DNA of 64,000 bases from Escherichia phage EP01: sequence record OM135583.1; one strand, given 5' to 3'. The stretch's first letter is position 1. The number at the start of each line of letters is the position of its first letter. The translations under genes were made by a program, and so were the position numbers. Shown in pieces: positions 20,757 to 31,281 of this stretch. Under the pieces are notes generated by a model. That model saw only the letters and a list, made by a program, of their open reading frames with translations. It made no database searches and had not been told where the DNA came from.

Positions 20757-21912
20757 TTAACTGATCTAGGTCAGTTTCTAAATCAGCTGCTGATTTACTT
20801 TTACTTTCTGGAGATTTAAATTTTTCAACCTTTGAGTTAATCAATTCATCAACTTCAGCTTCAACAATTTCATTGCTATCAATAGCACCTAACTGATAAG
20901 CACGTTTAATAGCATCTCGGAATGGTTGATGCTTAAATAAAGGACCCCAGAATGTAGTGCAATTGGTATCTTTTGCACGCCAAGATTTTTCTTCGCGAAT
21001 CATCTCACCGGTTTCTTCGTCAAGAAATTCACGAGCATACCAACCGTTTTTAGGTTTTACTACAAATCCTAATTCAAGAGCCATATCTAACAATCCAGAA
21101 TAAGGATCGATACCACCGTCAAATTTAACATCAATAAAGAATTTACTTTTTTCTTTGACGGTACGAGATTTTTCTACATTTAGAACAAATTGATACCCCT
21201 GGAGATCAGAACCATCTTTAATCTGGCGCTTACCGATAATGAATACAGTATCAGCTGAATACATTACGCCTGTACCACCTGTCATCACGGTTTTACTAAA
21301 CATTTCAATTGTTTCAATTGTATGGTTAACCGCAACACATGGAATGTTTTTAATACTAAAATAAGGAGTAACAATACGGAATAATGACTTCAGTGATTTA
21401 GCACGAGTCATATCTGCCACAGATTTTTCATTCAAGGCATCTTCCGTTTCTTTCTTAGAAGCCATATTACCGATTGAGTCGATGAATACAATAACTTTTT
21501 CACCGCGCTCGATAGCTTCAAGCTGATTCACCATATCAATTTTCAGTTGTTCAACTGACTGGATTGGTGTATGAATTACTCGTTCCGGGTCAACTCCCAT
21601 GGATCGCAAATAAGCTGGAGTGATACCAAATTCGCTATCATAGAATAAACAAACCGCATCAGGATATTTGTTCAAATATGCCGCAACCATAGTCAAAGAC
21701 ATATTTGATTTAAAGTGTTTAGAAGGACCTGCAAAAATGGTTAAACCAGACTGCATACCACCGTCAATCGCACCTGAAATAGCGATATTAAGCATTGGAA
21801 TTTTTGTACGGATTACATCCTTTTCATTAAAGAATTTAGATGTAGTCAGTTCAGCAGTCATTTTAGAAGTGGAAGCTTTAATCAAACGGGATTTTAAATC
21901 TGCAATAGACAT
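20731..21912 (-). CDS. uvsX: UvsX recombinase (RecA-like), 393 aa
   Basis: Walker A GPSKHFKS and overall match to T4 UvsX. Confidence 0.95.
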   Translation of the reverse strand: MSIADLKSRLIKASTSKMTAELTTSKFFNEKDVIRTKIPMLNIAISGAIDGGMQSGLTIFAGPSKHFKSNMSLTMVAAYLNKYPDAVCLFYDSEFGITPAYLRSMGVDPERVIHTPIQSVEQLKIDMVNQLEAIERGEKVIVFIDSIGNMASKKETEDALNEKSVADMTRAKSLKSLFRIVTPYFSIKNIPCVAVNHTIETIEMFSKTVMTGGTGVMYSADTVFIIGKRQIKDGSDLQGYQFVLNVEKSRTVKEKSKFFIDVKFDGGIDPYSGLLDMALELGFVVKPKNGWYAREFLDEETGEMIREEKSWRAKDTNCTTFWGPLFKHQPFRDAIKRAYQLGAIDSNEIVEAEVDELINSKVEKFKSPESKSKSAADLETDLDQLSDMEEFNE

Positions 21913-21989
21913 TCATTTTTTCCATAGGCATCATTATATTTTCCTCACTGGTTAAAGATAGGGTAATTATAACACAATAAATTTAGGCA

Positions 21990-22832
21990 TTAATCAACTG
22001 CTATTGGATGAATAGCATTAAACTTATGAAACGCTTCTGATTTTTCTTTGCGCGAAACACACATACGAAGAACCTTTAATGGCTCGTCTTCTTCACCCAA
22101 CGATTTTCGTTTTTCAATATTCGATGTTTTCCAACGAGCTTGCTCTGGAAACTCTCTATTGATTTGCTCAAGAGCTCTATTATGTTTTGAATTACTACGA
22201 ATTGAGCTGCATCCACCGGGAGCCTGTGCTTTTCCAGATACAACTAGATATTTGAACAAGGCCAAATGCGGATAACCTTGATTAATTAAATTGAGAAATG
22301 CATACATATCTTCGCATAAATCAATTTTTCCATACCCAATTTGTTCTGTTGTAAGTTTCCCGAGGTCATACCATGTATTCGTGAATCCATATGAATTTTC
22401 ACGATAATTACCCCAAGATGAAGTAATTTTAAAAATAGGTAGACGAGCATGACCATGATAATACCCGCAATCCATAGCATCTTCAACGTATTGAATCAAT
22501 TCATAGAACTGTTCACGAGTTAATTGATTAATTTTATCTACGCAGCGACGATCATCTTTCTTTCGCATTGAACTCATACGAATAGTAGTATCATCATCAA
22601 CCATCCAGATTCGTTGACCTGCATACATATCAGTAATTGCTTTACGAGTTCCAGCAATTCCATTAACATCATCAGGAATAGTTATAATTTTAGCTCTAGA
22701 CCCGTAAGCGTCATAATAAGCTTTTTCTTCGTGTTCACGTACTACAATATGAGGTTCATAATCAGTCGGAAACATATCAAGGGCAGAAACTGCCCCTACG
22801 CGTTGATAGCTTGGAATTACGAATTGAATCAT
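21990..22832 (-). CDS. GT-A fold glycosyltransferase, 280 aa, at the beta-gt locus
   Basis: N-terminal VIPSYQR (GT2-like) and WMVDDD DxD motif; not the T4 beta-gt sequence. Confidence 0.7.
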   Translation of the reverse strand: MIQFVIPSYQRVGAVSALDMFPTDYEPHIVVREHEEKAYYDAYGSRAKIITIPDDVNGIAGTRKAITDMYAGQRIWMVDDDTTIRMSSMRKKDDRRCVDKINQLTREQFYELIQYVEDAMDCGYYHGHARLPIFKITSSWGNYRENSYGFTNTWYDLGKLTTEQIGYGKIDLCEDMYAFLNLINQGYPHLALFKYLVVSGKAQAPGGCSSIRSNSKHNRALEQINREFPEQARWKTSNIEKRKSLGEEDEPLKVLRMCVSRKEKSEAFHKFNAIHPIAVD

Positions 22833-23470
22833 TTAAGTGCCTTACATTTGTCAAAATGGTATCTTGTCATATTTGGCCCACGTCCTTTTAGTCCGCAATG
22901 CGGACATATTTTTTCTATCAAATTATGAGGTTTTCCTTTACGATTTTTAGACATCGTTTCTTTAATTATTTTAGCTTTTTCTGCGCCAAAAATTTCTTCA
23001 TAAGTTTTACCAGAATTTTCCTTTGCTCGATTTATAATTCCATATGCCTGCTCATTTTTACCATACATTGGATTACCTTCGCCTTTCATTCTTTTAGAAT
23101 GATCAGGACGCTTGATTCCACGAAAGGCATTTCCGCACTTATATCTTTCTTCTGGAGATAGTTTTTTACCGTACATTCCATTTAATTTGCCTGGAAAACT
23201 TCCTCCCCATGCTTCATTCTTTAAATTATATGAATCCGGACAATTAGCAGCATCTAAACAAGTTAAAATAATTTCTTCAACCTGTCTAAACATTGGTCCT
23301 TCATATAATATTTCTTTATTAAAGGATTTTATTCCATATTTCTTTTTAGCATGTTGCCAAACTACACCCGAACCATCATAATTCGGGTTGTGACCATCAT
23401 GACTTCCTATATACCACTTTTTAGTTTTAGGATGTTTATACTTATAAACATGTGGCACATTTACTTCCAT
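22829..23470 (-). mobile_element. GIY-YIG homing endonuclease gene (seg-like), 213 aa
   Basis: VYKYKH...WYIGS GIY-YIG module plus repeated NPMYGK motifs; inserted between glycosyltransferase and gene 42. Confidence 0.7.
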
Positions 23471-24201
23471 TTTCCAGTATAATCCTTTTTAGCAATATGA
23501 GTTTCACCAGTGTTCCACCAATGGTCAACTAAATAAAACTGATTTTCGTACACATGAAGACTTCCAACGTTCCATATAATAGAACCTGCTTTATATTGCC
23601 GCGATGGGTCGCCTGCATTCAAATCAGATACTAATTTATCTAATACGTATTTTTGCCATGCATAATCATTACGATAGCCTGCCCAGCAATCATTGCTTCT
23701 CATGTTAACCACTGCATTGACTTTCTTATCACGAATCAGGTACTGTACTGTATTCGTACACATGAAATCTGACATGCCATCTTTATTGTAGTCAAACTGC
23801 ATGGATGGACGAGTATAAATCATGATACCACGGCGAGAATCAGGATTTTGACCAAGTTCAGCTAAACACATATCATACTGAGCATAGTTATCTTCTGACC
23901 AAATAGCCCAACCATAATTCGAGTTAATTTCGCCTTTAGAAGATGCTACCTGTTGCCAAATCTTCGGTGTTTCACCTGGAATATCTTTAACAAACAGACT
24001 TTGAGACTTATACCATTCAAGTTCACGTTGAATGTATTCATCATTAAGAGCGCCAAAAATAAAAGGTTCATCTGCTACAAATGATGCACCAATAATTTCA
24101 ATAGTTTTAACACCGGTTTTATCAATTACGAAATCTTTTTCCTTTAATGCAATTCCCAAATGAAGACGGATTTCTTCAACTGTCATAGAATCATTAATCA
24201 T
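23461..24201 (-). CDS. 42: dCMP hydroxymethylase, 246 aa
   Basis: Thymidylate-synthase-like fold; near-identical to T4 gp42. Confidence 0.95.
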   Translation of the reverse strand: MINDSMTVEEIRLHLGIALKEKDFVIDKTGVKTIEIIGASFVADEPFIFGALNDEYIQRELEWYKSQSLFVKDIPGETPKIWQQVASSKGEINSNYGWAIWSEDNYAQYDMCLAELGQNPDSRRGIMIYTRPSMQFDYNKDGMSDFMCTNTVQYLIRDKKVNAVVNMRSNDCWAGYRNDYAWQKYVLDKLVSDLNAGDPSRQYKAGSIIWNVGSLHVYENQFYLVDHWWNTGETHIAKKDYTGKWK

Positions 24202-24354
24202 TTAAACCTCAATTGATACATTCATATTTAACTTGTAACAGTAATAAACTCCACCCTATAATAAGCGTTGGAATCATACAAGGAACTGCTACGCTATAGT
24301 ATATACTTATTATAATCATCAAGATTAAAAGCAATACTGCTAAAATTTTGCTTT

Positions 24355-24606
24355 TCATTCCTTCTCTCTGATGATAATTACTTGATTTGGCTGTGTTGAC
24401 TTTTTAGTTTCACCAGCAATTGACCAAATAAAAGTAATAAACCAACCAATGATTGACCAGTTAAACAGTAAAGATGTGAAAAAGATTCCTACTGTCGATT
24501 TTGACCCACGCATCAAGGCGATGAACCACGGAAGCATGTATATAATAATAGCCAACACGCCTGAAACTAAAACCATAAAAATTGAACCTGCTACTAAAGT
24601 TTCCAT
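24355..24606 (-). CDS. imm: immunity (superinfection exclusion) membrane protein, 83 aa
   Basis: Two TM segments, 83 aa, between 42 and 43. Confidence 0.7.
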   Translation of the reverse strand: METLVAGSIFMVLVSGVLAIIIYMLPWFIALMRGSKSTVGIFFTSLLFNWSIIGWFITFIWSIAGETKKSTQPNQVIIIREKE

Positions 24607-24613
24607 GTTTTCC

Positions 24614-25006
24614 TCACTTAGTCAAATTTTTTACACATGAATTATAAGAATTCACTACATACTCCATTGGAGCATTTTTACCAGTACGCCATTGATAATT
24701 ATTAGCCCAATTAGCCCAAAGTTCAGCACAGTAGCTTTCAATTTTTTCTTCACGTGTAATCACATCTGAATTACGATATGCTTGGGCAGATTCATCTGGA
24801 CGAATAGCTTCGTCAAAATTCGCCTGCATTTGTTCTACTGTCTGTTTTGGAGCCTCTTTATAACACTTAACATTAGGATTATAAAATTTGCTTGAACAGT
24901 TTACAATTTTTCCTACATCAGACTGATTTACTACTGGTCCTTGAGCTACACAACCAGTAAGACCCAATGCAATAACCAAAATAGCGATTTTCATTTCATT
25001 CTCCAA
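24614..25006 (-). CDS. predicted lipoprotein, 130 aa, MENEM N-terminus
   Basis: Signal peptide with lipobox LTGC; downstream of repeated promoter cassette. Confidence 0.55.
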   Translation of the reverse strand: MENEMKIAILVIALGLTGCVAQGPVVNQSDVGKIVNCSSKFYNPNVKCYKEAPKQTVEQMQANFDEAIRPDESAQAYRNSDVITREEKIESYCAELWANWANNYQWRTGKNAPMEYVVNSYNSCVKNLTK

Positions 25007-25085
25007 ATCCGTATCAGTTGATAGTTATATAGTACCATAAAGGAACCGGAATGTAAACCATTTTGTGAAAAAATTTTTAATAAAT
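24992..25085 (-). repeat. repeated promoter/RBS cassette, copy B
   Basis: See copy A. Confidence 0.65.
25028..25058 (-). promoter_or_regulatory. early promoter within repeated cassette copy B
   Basis: GTTTAC ... GGTACTATA. Confidence 0.55.
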
Positions 25086-25140
25086 TCAAAGGGCCCAGAA
25101 TCATCTATTTTTCCTAAGTATAGATTTATATTATTTGTAT

Positions 25141-25162
25141 GAAAAAGGGACCCGGAGGTCCC
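25141..25162 (-). terminator. intrinsic terminator downstream of gene 43
   Basis: GGGACC-UCCG-GGUCCC hairpin followed by U5. Confidence 0.65.
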
Positions 25163-25175
25163 TAGATTTATTCTA

Positions 25176-27872
25176 TCAGCCAAACAGGAAGTCTAACGAA
25201 GCTTTTTCCTCATAGTCCATACCTGCCGATTCACACATGCCCGCAAGCGGTTTAACAAACGATTTTTGGAACAAAGTTGAGTAGTCAATCCAAGACAGTA
25301 CATCAGAACGAATTTCTTTTGGAAGTTCCGTACCCGATGGCCAAGCAATGCACTTGTCACCAAATGGATTTCCTTCACGTAATGGAAGAACCATTACCTT
25401 ATTTCCATCCAAAATTGGAGCTACACCTAAACCACTAACAGCTCGACGATAAGTTAGCACACCGCGAATATGGAACGGACATTTAAATCCTGGCCAACCT
25501 TTATCGTCATATTTCGCTATATCGTTCGCAGTTTTTACTTCAGCAATAACTTTATAGTCAAGTTGACGATATTCTTTCTCAAAGTTCTTGTAGTATTCTT
25601 GGACAGACTCTTCACCTTCCTGAAGAATACGACGAATACTTTCTTCGAGAGCTTCTTGTACTGCTTTTGGTGTTGAACTCTGCTGAGTTTCCATACCCAT
25701 GATTTTTAGATGTGGTTCAGCAAATCGCTTATCTTCCATATCATAAACGTTCAGAGCATAACGTTTTTTCGCTTTCCAAAATCCACCGACACCCTTTGAA
25801 CCAAGTGGAGGGCAAGAAATAGCTTCACGGTCCATATGCATCAGATGCTCGCGGTTATTCATATAATCACATAACTCACGATATGCAACATCAATCATAG
25901 GTTCCATCTTTTTCTTACCAAACTGATTCATGAATTCAACTAAATCATTTTGTTCTTTAAAGCGGTCAAGACCTACTTTTTCAATAACTTTATCTACACA
26001 AACATATACCGAATCAGTATCACCTGCTGCGATGAAATCTTCACCATCAGTTCCACACACCTTATTCAGGTATTCATTAATTTTACGAGCAATCCACTGA
26101 ATACCGACTTGACCAAAAATTGTGATAGCAGTAGCATTTCGCAAATCATAGTAGCGGAAATGAATATTACCAAGAGCACCATAAAGACTGTTGATAAGAA
26201 TTTTACGGTTCAGCTGATTTGTGTTAGCAAGTGTAGCTGCTTTTTCACATTCTTCGATCAGACTATTAAGAACAGATTCAGTGTAATTCGATAATTCGTT
26301 TAAGAAATCATCATTGAACTTAACATATCGTTCAACTTCTGGTTTAGTTGAGCAAGACCCTGCGCCTTTCATAATAATCTTTTTAATAGCTTCGGCATTC
26401 ATTTCTTCAGCGAACATTTTCTTTTTCCAATCTTTACGCTGGAAAAATACTTTAGCGATTTCCTTTGGAATGATACCTTCTTGATGCTTATCGTACATCC
26501 ATCCATTCGGAGAACAAGAATATTCATCACTCGGTTTAGGAGCTGTTCCTGCGATATATTCATGAATTGGATGAACTTTAAACTGACCACGAATAGTTTC
26601 AGGACTAATGTTAACCTGACGAATAATACTCGGATACAGAGACGTCAAGTCAAAACTCATAATGTATCGACGAGCAATCGCTTTAGGTTCAAATACAAAT
26701 GCACCTGGAAAACTTTGTTTAACGTGCGAACCTTGTTGAGGAATAACCTTATGTTCACCTTTCAATGAGTTAAAAATAATAGCATCCCAAGTTTTAATAG
26801 GACTCATTACACCAGAAAAAGGCATTTTAGCGTAATAAGACATACTTAAAACTAGATCAATAAACCCGCGAATTTTATCAATTGCTTGAACTGATTCTAC
26901 GTCAATAATGTTATAACTAATGTATCGTTGATGATTAGTCTCACGAAGTTTATTAATAGGACCATCGTACGGCAATTTACCTTTTTTGGTTTCGTGCTGA
27001 GCAACTGATTCCAAAGAGAATGATGGCAAATTAGTAAATGCGAATTTTTTGTACAAATCTAAATAATCAAGAATAGATACGCCATCAATAGAATAAATTT
27101 CTTTGCTACCGTACATATTTTGAATTAGTTTAGATTTTACTCGACCGATTGGAGAGAAACGTTTCATACTACGTTCACCGAGAACCATTTTAACACGATT
27201 CATGATATACGGAACGTCAAATCCCTCAATATTCCAACCGGTAAAAATAGCAGGTCGTTTCTGTTCCCAGAGATTAATATATTCCATGAGCATATCACGC
27301 TCATTATCAAATGGCATATAAATTACTCGGTCAAGAATTTCCTGAGGAACTTCATCACCACCTTCACAGTCAAGCTTAGCAGCTAACTTTGCATCCCATT
27401 TTGATACTGAGCCGTACATTGAATTCAACAAATCAAAGACGTAAAAACGGTCGTCAATTGAATCATAATGAGTGATAGCATCAATTTCATATTCTGCTTT
27501 CATTGGGTCAGGAAATTTATCACCAGTAACCTCAATGTCGCAGTTAGCTACACGAACAAATTTTCGGTCATAAACAATTTCTGAACCATATGTATCACTG
27601 ATATAAGCGAGTTTAAAATCGTTCATACCGAGAGCTTCGAGACCGATGTCTTCCATTCGTTTCATCCAGTCTCGGGCATCTTTCATTGATGGAAATTTTT
27701 GAGGAGCACAATTTTTACCATAAATGTCTTTGTATTTTGACTCTTCCTTACAATGCCTAAACATAGTCGGAAGATATTCTACTTCACGAGTACGTTCCTT
27801 TCCATTTTCATCAATATAACGTTCAACAATATTATTTCCGACTGTTTCGATAGAGATATAAAATTCTTTCAT
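25176..27872 (-). CDS. 43: DNA polymerase (family B), 898 aa
   Basis: 898 aa with exonuclease and YGDTDS polymerase motifs. Confidence 0.97.
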   Translation of the reverse strand: MKEFYISIETVGNNIVERYIDENGKERTREVEYLPTMFRHCKEESKYKDIYGKNCAPQKFPSMKDARDWMKRMEDIGLEALGMNDFKLAYISDTYGSEIVYDRKFVRVANCDIEVTGDKFPDPMKAEYEIDAITHYDSIDDRFYVFDLLNSMYGSVSKWDAKLAAKLDCEGGDEVPQEILDRVIYMPFDNERDMLMEYINLWEQKRPAIFTGWNIEGFDVPYIMNRVKMVLGERSMKRFSPIGRVKSKLIQNMYGSKEIYSIDGVSILDYLDLYKKFAFTNLPSFSLESVAQHETKKGKLPYDGPINKLRETNHQRYISYNIIDVESVQAIDKIRGFIDLVLSMSYYAKMPFSGVMSPIKTWDAIIFNSLKGEHKVIPQQGSHVKQSFPGAFVFEPKAIARRYIMSFDLTSLYPSIIRQVNISPETIRGQFKVHPIHEYIAGTAPKPSDEYSCSPNGWMYDKHQEGIIPKEIAKVFFQRKDWKKKMFAEEMNAEAIKKIIMKGAGSCSTKPEVERYVKFNDDFLNELSNYTESVLNSLIEECEKAATLANTNQLNRKILINSLYGALGNIHFRYYDLRNATAITIFGQVGIQWIARKINEYLNKVCGTDGEDFIAAGDTDSVYVCVDKVIEKVGLDRFKEQNDLVEFMNQFGKKKMEPMIDVAYRELCDYMNNREHLMHMDREAISCPPLGSKGVGGFWKAKKRYALNVYDMEDKRFAEPHLKIMGMETQQSSTPKAVQEALEESIRRILQEGEESVQEYYKNFEKEYRQLDYKVIAEVKTANDIAKYDDKGWPGFKCPFHIRGVLTYRRAVSGLGVAPILDGNKVMVLPLREGNPFGDKCIAWPSGTELPKEIRSDVLSWIDYSTLFQKSFVKPLAGMCESAGMDYEEKASLDFLFG

Positions 27873-27930
27873 AGATATTCCTTAGTTTATAGCCCGAGTT
27901 ATTAGGCTCTTGATATATTATACTCCAAAT

Positions 27931-27947
27931 AAGGGGCCGAAGCCCCT
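27931..27947 (-). terminator. UUCG-tetraloop hairpin between regA and 43
   Basis: aaggggc-cgaa-gcccctt. Confidence 0.5.
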
Positions 27948-27950
27948 TGC

Positions 27951-28319
27951 TTAATTACCAATCGTATATTTAGGAACGAGTTTCCATTCGTGTTTTTGTT
28001 TAAAAGAAATAACTCGGAAGTTATTAGTTAAATCTTTCATAAAAGTTCTTTGACCTGGAGCGATTTCAATCAGTCCCCAATCTTCTAACAGCCATGCGAT
28101 TGAATCACGACGAACTTCATCTTCTTCTGTCATTTCAACCTGGCGACCATCCATACGAAGCATTTCTTTAAAATGAACGATATAGTATAGTCCTTTTTTC
28201 TGGAGAATATGACAGGATTGATACAGAACTTTATCTTTATTATTAGCAATTCCCATACGAGTCAAAGTTTCTTTAACTTTCAGAAAATCTTCAGGTTTTT
28301 TAAGAGTAATTTCAATCAT
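27951..28319 (-). CDS. regA: RegA translational repressor, 122 aa
   Basis: 122 aa; sequence and synteny. Confidence 0.92.
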   Translation of the reverse strand: MIEITLKKPEDFLKVKETLTRMGIANNKDKVLYQSCHILQKKGLYYIVHFKEMLRMDGRQVEMTEEDEVRRDSIAWLLEDWGLIEIAPGQRTFMKDLTNNFRVISFKQKHEWKLVPKYTIGN

Positions 28320-28320
28320 T

Positions 28321-28884
28321 TTACCATTCCAATGCTAGTTTTTTGAGTTGTTTCTGTTCTTTTACGTTCTTAGTCACTTCTTTCAAAAAATCATCCGTGA
28401 CTAAACCTTTTAGTTCTTTTAATACTAAAGGAAGTTTTCCATTTTTAGTAAGAATTGATTTATAGTTAATTGCATCATTTGTATTAACTTGATACCGCTT
28501 AGCAAGTAACTTAATAATCAATACTTCGGTAGAATCTTCGACCAGTTTTGCCCATTTACCATATCTTTTACCCCGAGGAACAGCAGCCATCAGATAATTA
28601 AAATGGGCTTCATCGCTTAAACCTGATCCAATTAAATTCATAGCATATACAGCTGGCATGCACTCCGGAAATTGTGATAATGCATTCTCAACCATGTATT
28701 TTGAATAATCTTTTTGAGCAATAGAGCATTTAGTTTTATTATTAATAGCTCCAATTATTTCAAAAAATTCATTTTCAGCTTTTTCTTTAAAAGAATCAGC
28801 AGCAGATTGGACAGCTGTCCAATCTTTTGAATACCAAGCAACTTGATGCTCGTTTAATTGAATATCATCTTCAAATAAGCTCAT
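28321..28884 (-). CDS. 62: clamp loader small subunit, 187 aa
   Basis: Size and synteny. Confidence 0.88.
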   Translation of the reverse strand: MSLFEDDIQLNEHQVAWYSKDWTAVQSAADSFKEKAENEFFEIIGAINNKTKCSIAQKDYSKYMVENALSQFPECMPAVYAMNLIGSGLSDEAHFNYLMAAVPRGKRYGKWAKLVEDSTEVLIIKLLAKRYQVNTNDAINYKSILTKNGKLPLVLKELKGLVTDDFLKEVTKNVKEQKQLKKLALEW

Positions 28885-28885
28885 A

Positions 28886-29845
28886 TCACTTCCACTGCAT
28901 TTCGCATGCCAATTGAATGAAAAGATATGCTAAATGTAATTCAGTATTAGCCGCAATTCCATGATACTGGTTATTTTCACCAACAATTTCATACATACGA
29001 ATAATACTTTGCGGAGTTACGCGTGTATAGATTTCTTCGGCAAGTTTACCTACGAACCACGAATAATCAGCCGCATATTTTGGTGCTAAAGCTCTGAGCT
29101 GTTTAACATCTTTATTTTTGAGAGATTCAAGAACATCATCAATAGCACCACGATCGTTAGTAACCAGTGATAAAATACCAGCATCCAAAACACCTTTAGA
29201 TGAATAACTATCGAGCTCGCCGATAGTTTTACGAAAATCAGGAAAATTCTTTTTAACCAAAGCTGCTACAACTTTCATATCAGCTATAGCAATTCCTTCA
29301 TGCTTACAGATTTCAGTCAATCGACGAATCATCTGCTTCATCATTTCAATTTTATCTTCATCGGTCGGTTGACCGAACGTAATAACTCGGCAGCGTGACT
29401 GAAGCGGTTTAATAATACCATCAATATTGTTAGCAGTAATAATAATACTACAGTTTGAACTATAAGCTTCCATAAAGGAACGAAGATGCCGTTGAGACTC
29501 TGCTAACCCTGAACGGTCAAATTCATCAATAACGATTACTTTTTGACGACCATCAAATGAAGCTGCGCTAGCAAAATTAGTCAAAGGACCGCGAACGAAA
29601 TCAATTTTACAATCTGACCCATTCACAAACATCATATCAGCATTTACGTCATGACACAATGCTTTTGCTACGGTTGTTTTACCTGTTCCTGGAGAAGGAG
29701 AATGAAGAATAATATGTGGAATCTTACCTTTACTTGTAATAGATTTAAAGGTTTCTTTATCAAAGGCGGGAAGAATACATTCATCGATAGTAGATGGACG
29801 ATATTTCTGTTCAAGAATGTGTTCTTTTTCATTTACAGTAATCAT
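28886..29845 (-). CDS. 44: clamp loader ATPase subunit, 319 aa
   Basis: Walker A GTGKTT; start at MITVNEK behind GAGGAAA. Confidence 0.92.
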   Translation of the reverse strand: MITVNEKEHILEQKYRPSTIDECILPAFDKETFKSITSKGKIPHIILHSPSPGTGKTTVAKALCHDVNADMMFVNGSDCKIDFVRGPLTNFASAASFDGRQKVIVIDEFDRSGLAESQRHLRSFMEAYSSNCSIIITANNIDGIIKPLQSRCRVITFGQPTDEDKIEMMKQMIRRLTEICKHEGIAIADMKVVAALVKKNFPDFRKTIGELDSYSSKGVLDAGILSLVTNDRGAIDDVLESLKNKDVKQLRALAPKYAADYSWFVGKLAEEIYTRVTPQSIIRMYEIVGENNQYHGIAANTELHLAYLFIQLACEMQWK

Positions 29846-29877
29846 AATTTCCTCATTCAAGTTTTAGTGTAAATTAT

Positions 29878-29895
29878 AAAGGGCCGAAGCCCTTT
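29878..29895 (-). terminator. UUCG-tetraloop hairpin between 45 and 44
   Basis: aaagggc-cgaa-gcccttt. Confidence 0.5.
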
Positions 29896-29896
29896 A

Positions 29897-30583
29897 TTAA
29901 AAGTCGTGGGTAGAATCAGCTTCAAGAGCTACTACATAATTCGCGTGTTCACCTTCAAATTTAGCAGCGCCTTGTTTACCTTTTGCCCAGAGCAGAAGTT
30001 TATAATTTCCTGGTTGCATTTTCATATTTGCCATATTGATAATGAAATTAAATGTATTTTCACCATCATAATCACCAAGAGTCAAAGAATATTTAACACG
30101 GGTCAAAGCAGAATCTTCTACTTTATTAAAACCGTTAATTACGATTTTACCTTCTTTTACTGTGATAGCGATTGTATCAATCTGCAGACCACGAGATACA
30201 CGCAACAGCTGTTGAAGGTCTTCAGCTTTAATTTCAGTAACAACAGATGCTACCGGGAATGGAATTGGTTTATTAGGAGCAACTACTGTACTCGGATCGG
30301 CTGCTGGCCAAAAAATTGTTGAACGGGCATCAGCAATTTTAATATTTCCATCTTCTGACTGGGAAATTTCTGCATCGTCATTAACTAGGGACAGAATACC
30401 GAGAAAACCGTTCAAATCGTAAATTGCTACATCAAAATCAATAGTGTCAGAAATATTTGCTTCCGCATAAGTTGTACCATTAACTGCGCGAGTCATAATA
30501 AATTGACCGGATTTAAGCATAATACCAGAGTTAATAGTAGCGAAATTTTTGAGCAAAGCAGTAGTATCTTTAGACAGTTTCAT
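29897..30583 (-). CDS. 45: sliding clamp, 228 aa
   Basis: 228 aa; sequence and synteny. Confidence 0.95.
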   Translation of the reverse strand: MKLSKDTTALLKNFATINSGIMLKSGQFIMTRAVNGTTYAEANISDTIDFDVAIYDLNGFLGILSLVNDDAEISQSEDGNIKIADARSTIFWPAADPSTVVAPNKPIPFPVASVVTEIKAEDLQQLLRVSRGLQIDTIAITVKEGKIVINGFNKVEDSALTRVKYSLTLGDYDGENTFNFIINMANMKMQPGNYKLLLWAKGKQGAAKFEGEHANYVVALEADSTHDF

Positions 30584-30638
30584 GTAATTTCCTTCAATTC
30601 AAATGAGATTTAATTTTATAACTAATTTAATAAAGCAA

Positions 30639-31028
30639 TTAACGATTAAAATCAGCAGCAATTGTTTCCGCAACAATTTGAGCAGCAACAATTAGACGTT
30701 CATCTGCATTACCACAATAATCGTCTTCAAGGCGTTCACCGCATGAAGTCATAATAAATTTGGCACCAGCGTTTAGAGATTCTGTCGTATGTTTGCGCAT
30801 CAGTTCAATCCATTTATCACTCACTTCACGATCGATGGCTTCATAATACGCATGACGAGCAGGTGCAGATTTAATTTTGCTCTGAATAACTTCCATCGCG
30901 TTATCAGAAAGAGACAAAACCCATGCTCGACGAATTTTATTTTGGTTTTGTGGATTTGATTCAGAACGCACGTGTTTTGGCTGAATATCTTTTACATCAA
31001 CAGTATAATTCACAGTAATTTTAGTCAT
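30639..31028 (-). CDS. rpbA: RNA polymerase-binding protein A, 129 aa
   Basis: 129 aa between 45 and 46. Confidence 0.65.
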   Translation of the reverse strand: MTKITVNYTVDVKDIQPKHVRSESNPQNQNKIRRAWVLSLSDNAMEVIQSKIKSAPARHAYYEAIDREVSDKWIELMRKHTTESLNAGAKFIMTSCGERLEDDYCGNADERLIVAAQIVAETIAADFNR

Positions 31029-31037
31029 AATACACCT

Positions 31038-31226
31038 TTAGTCATAATAATCAGTAACAGTCCAAGCTTCATTCCTGTTGGACATTATTTTCGTATATTC
31101 TGATTTAAATGCATTCTTAAGCATAGATTCAGTAACTATATGCTCTTCATTAGAAAAATTATTTCTCAGAATATATCGTTTTATTTCAGGAATAGTTAAT
31201 AGATGCTGTCCAGTTGAATATTCCAT
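31038..31226 (-). CDS. hypothetical protein, 62 aa
   Basis: ORF track. Confidence 0.4.
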   Translation of the reverse strand: MEYSTGQHLLTIPEIKRYILRNNFSNEEHIVTESMLKNAFKSEYTKIMSNRNEAWTVTDYYD

Positions 31227-31281
31227 GTTTTTCCTCCATAGAGATTATACTCTAATAAATTAAAGCATAATCTCTTATAAA

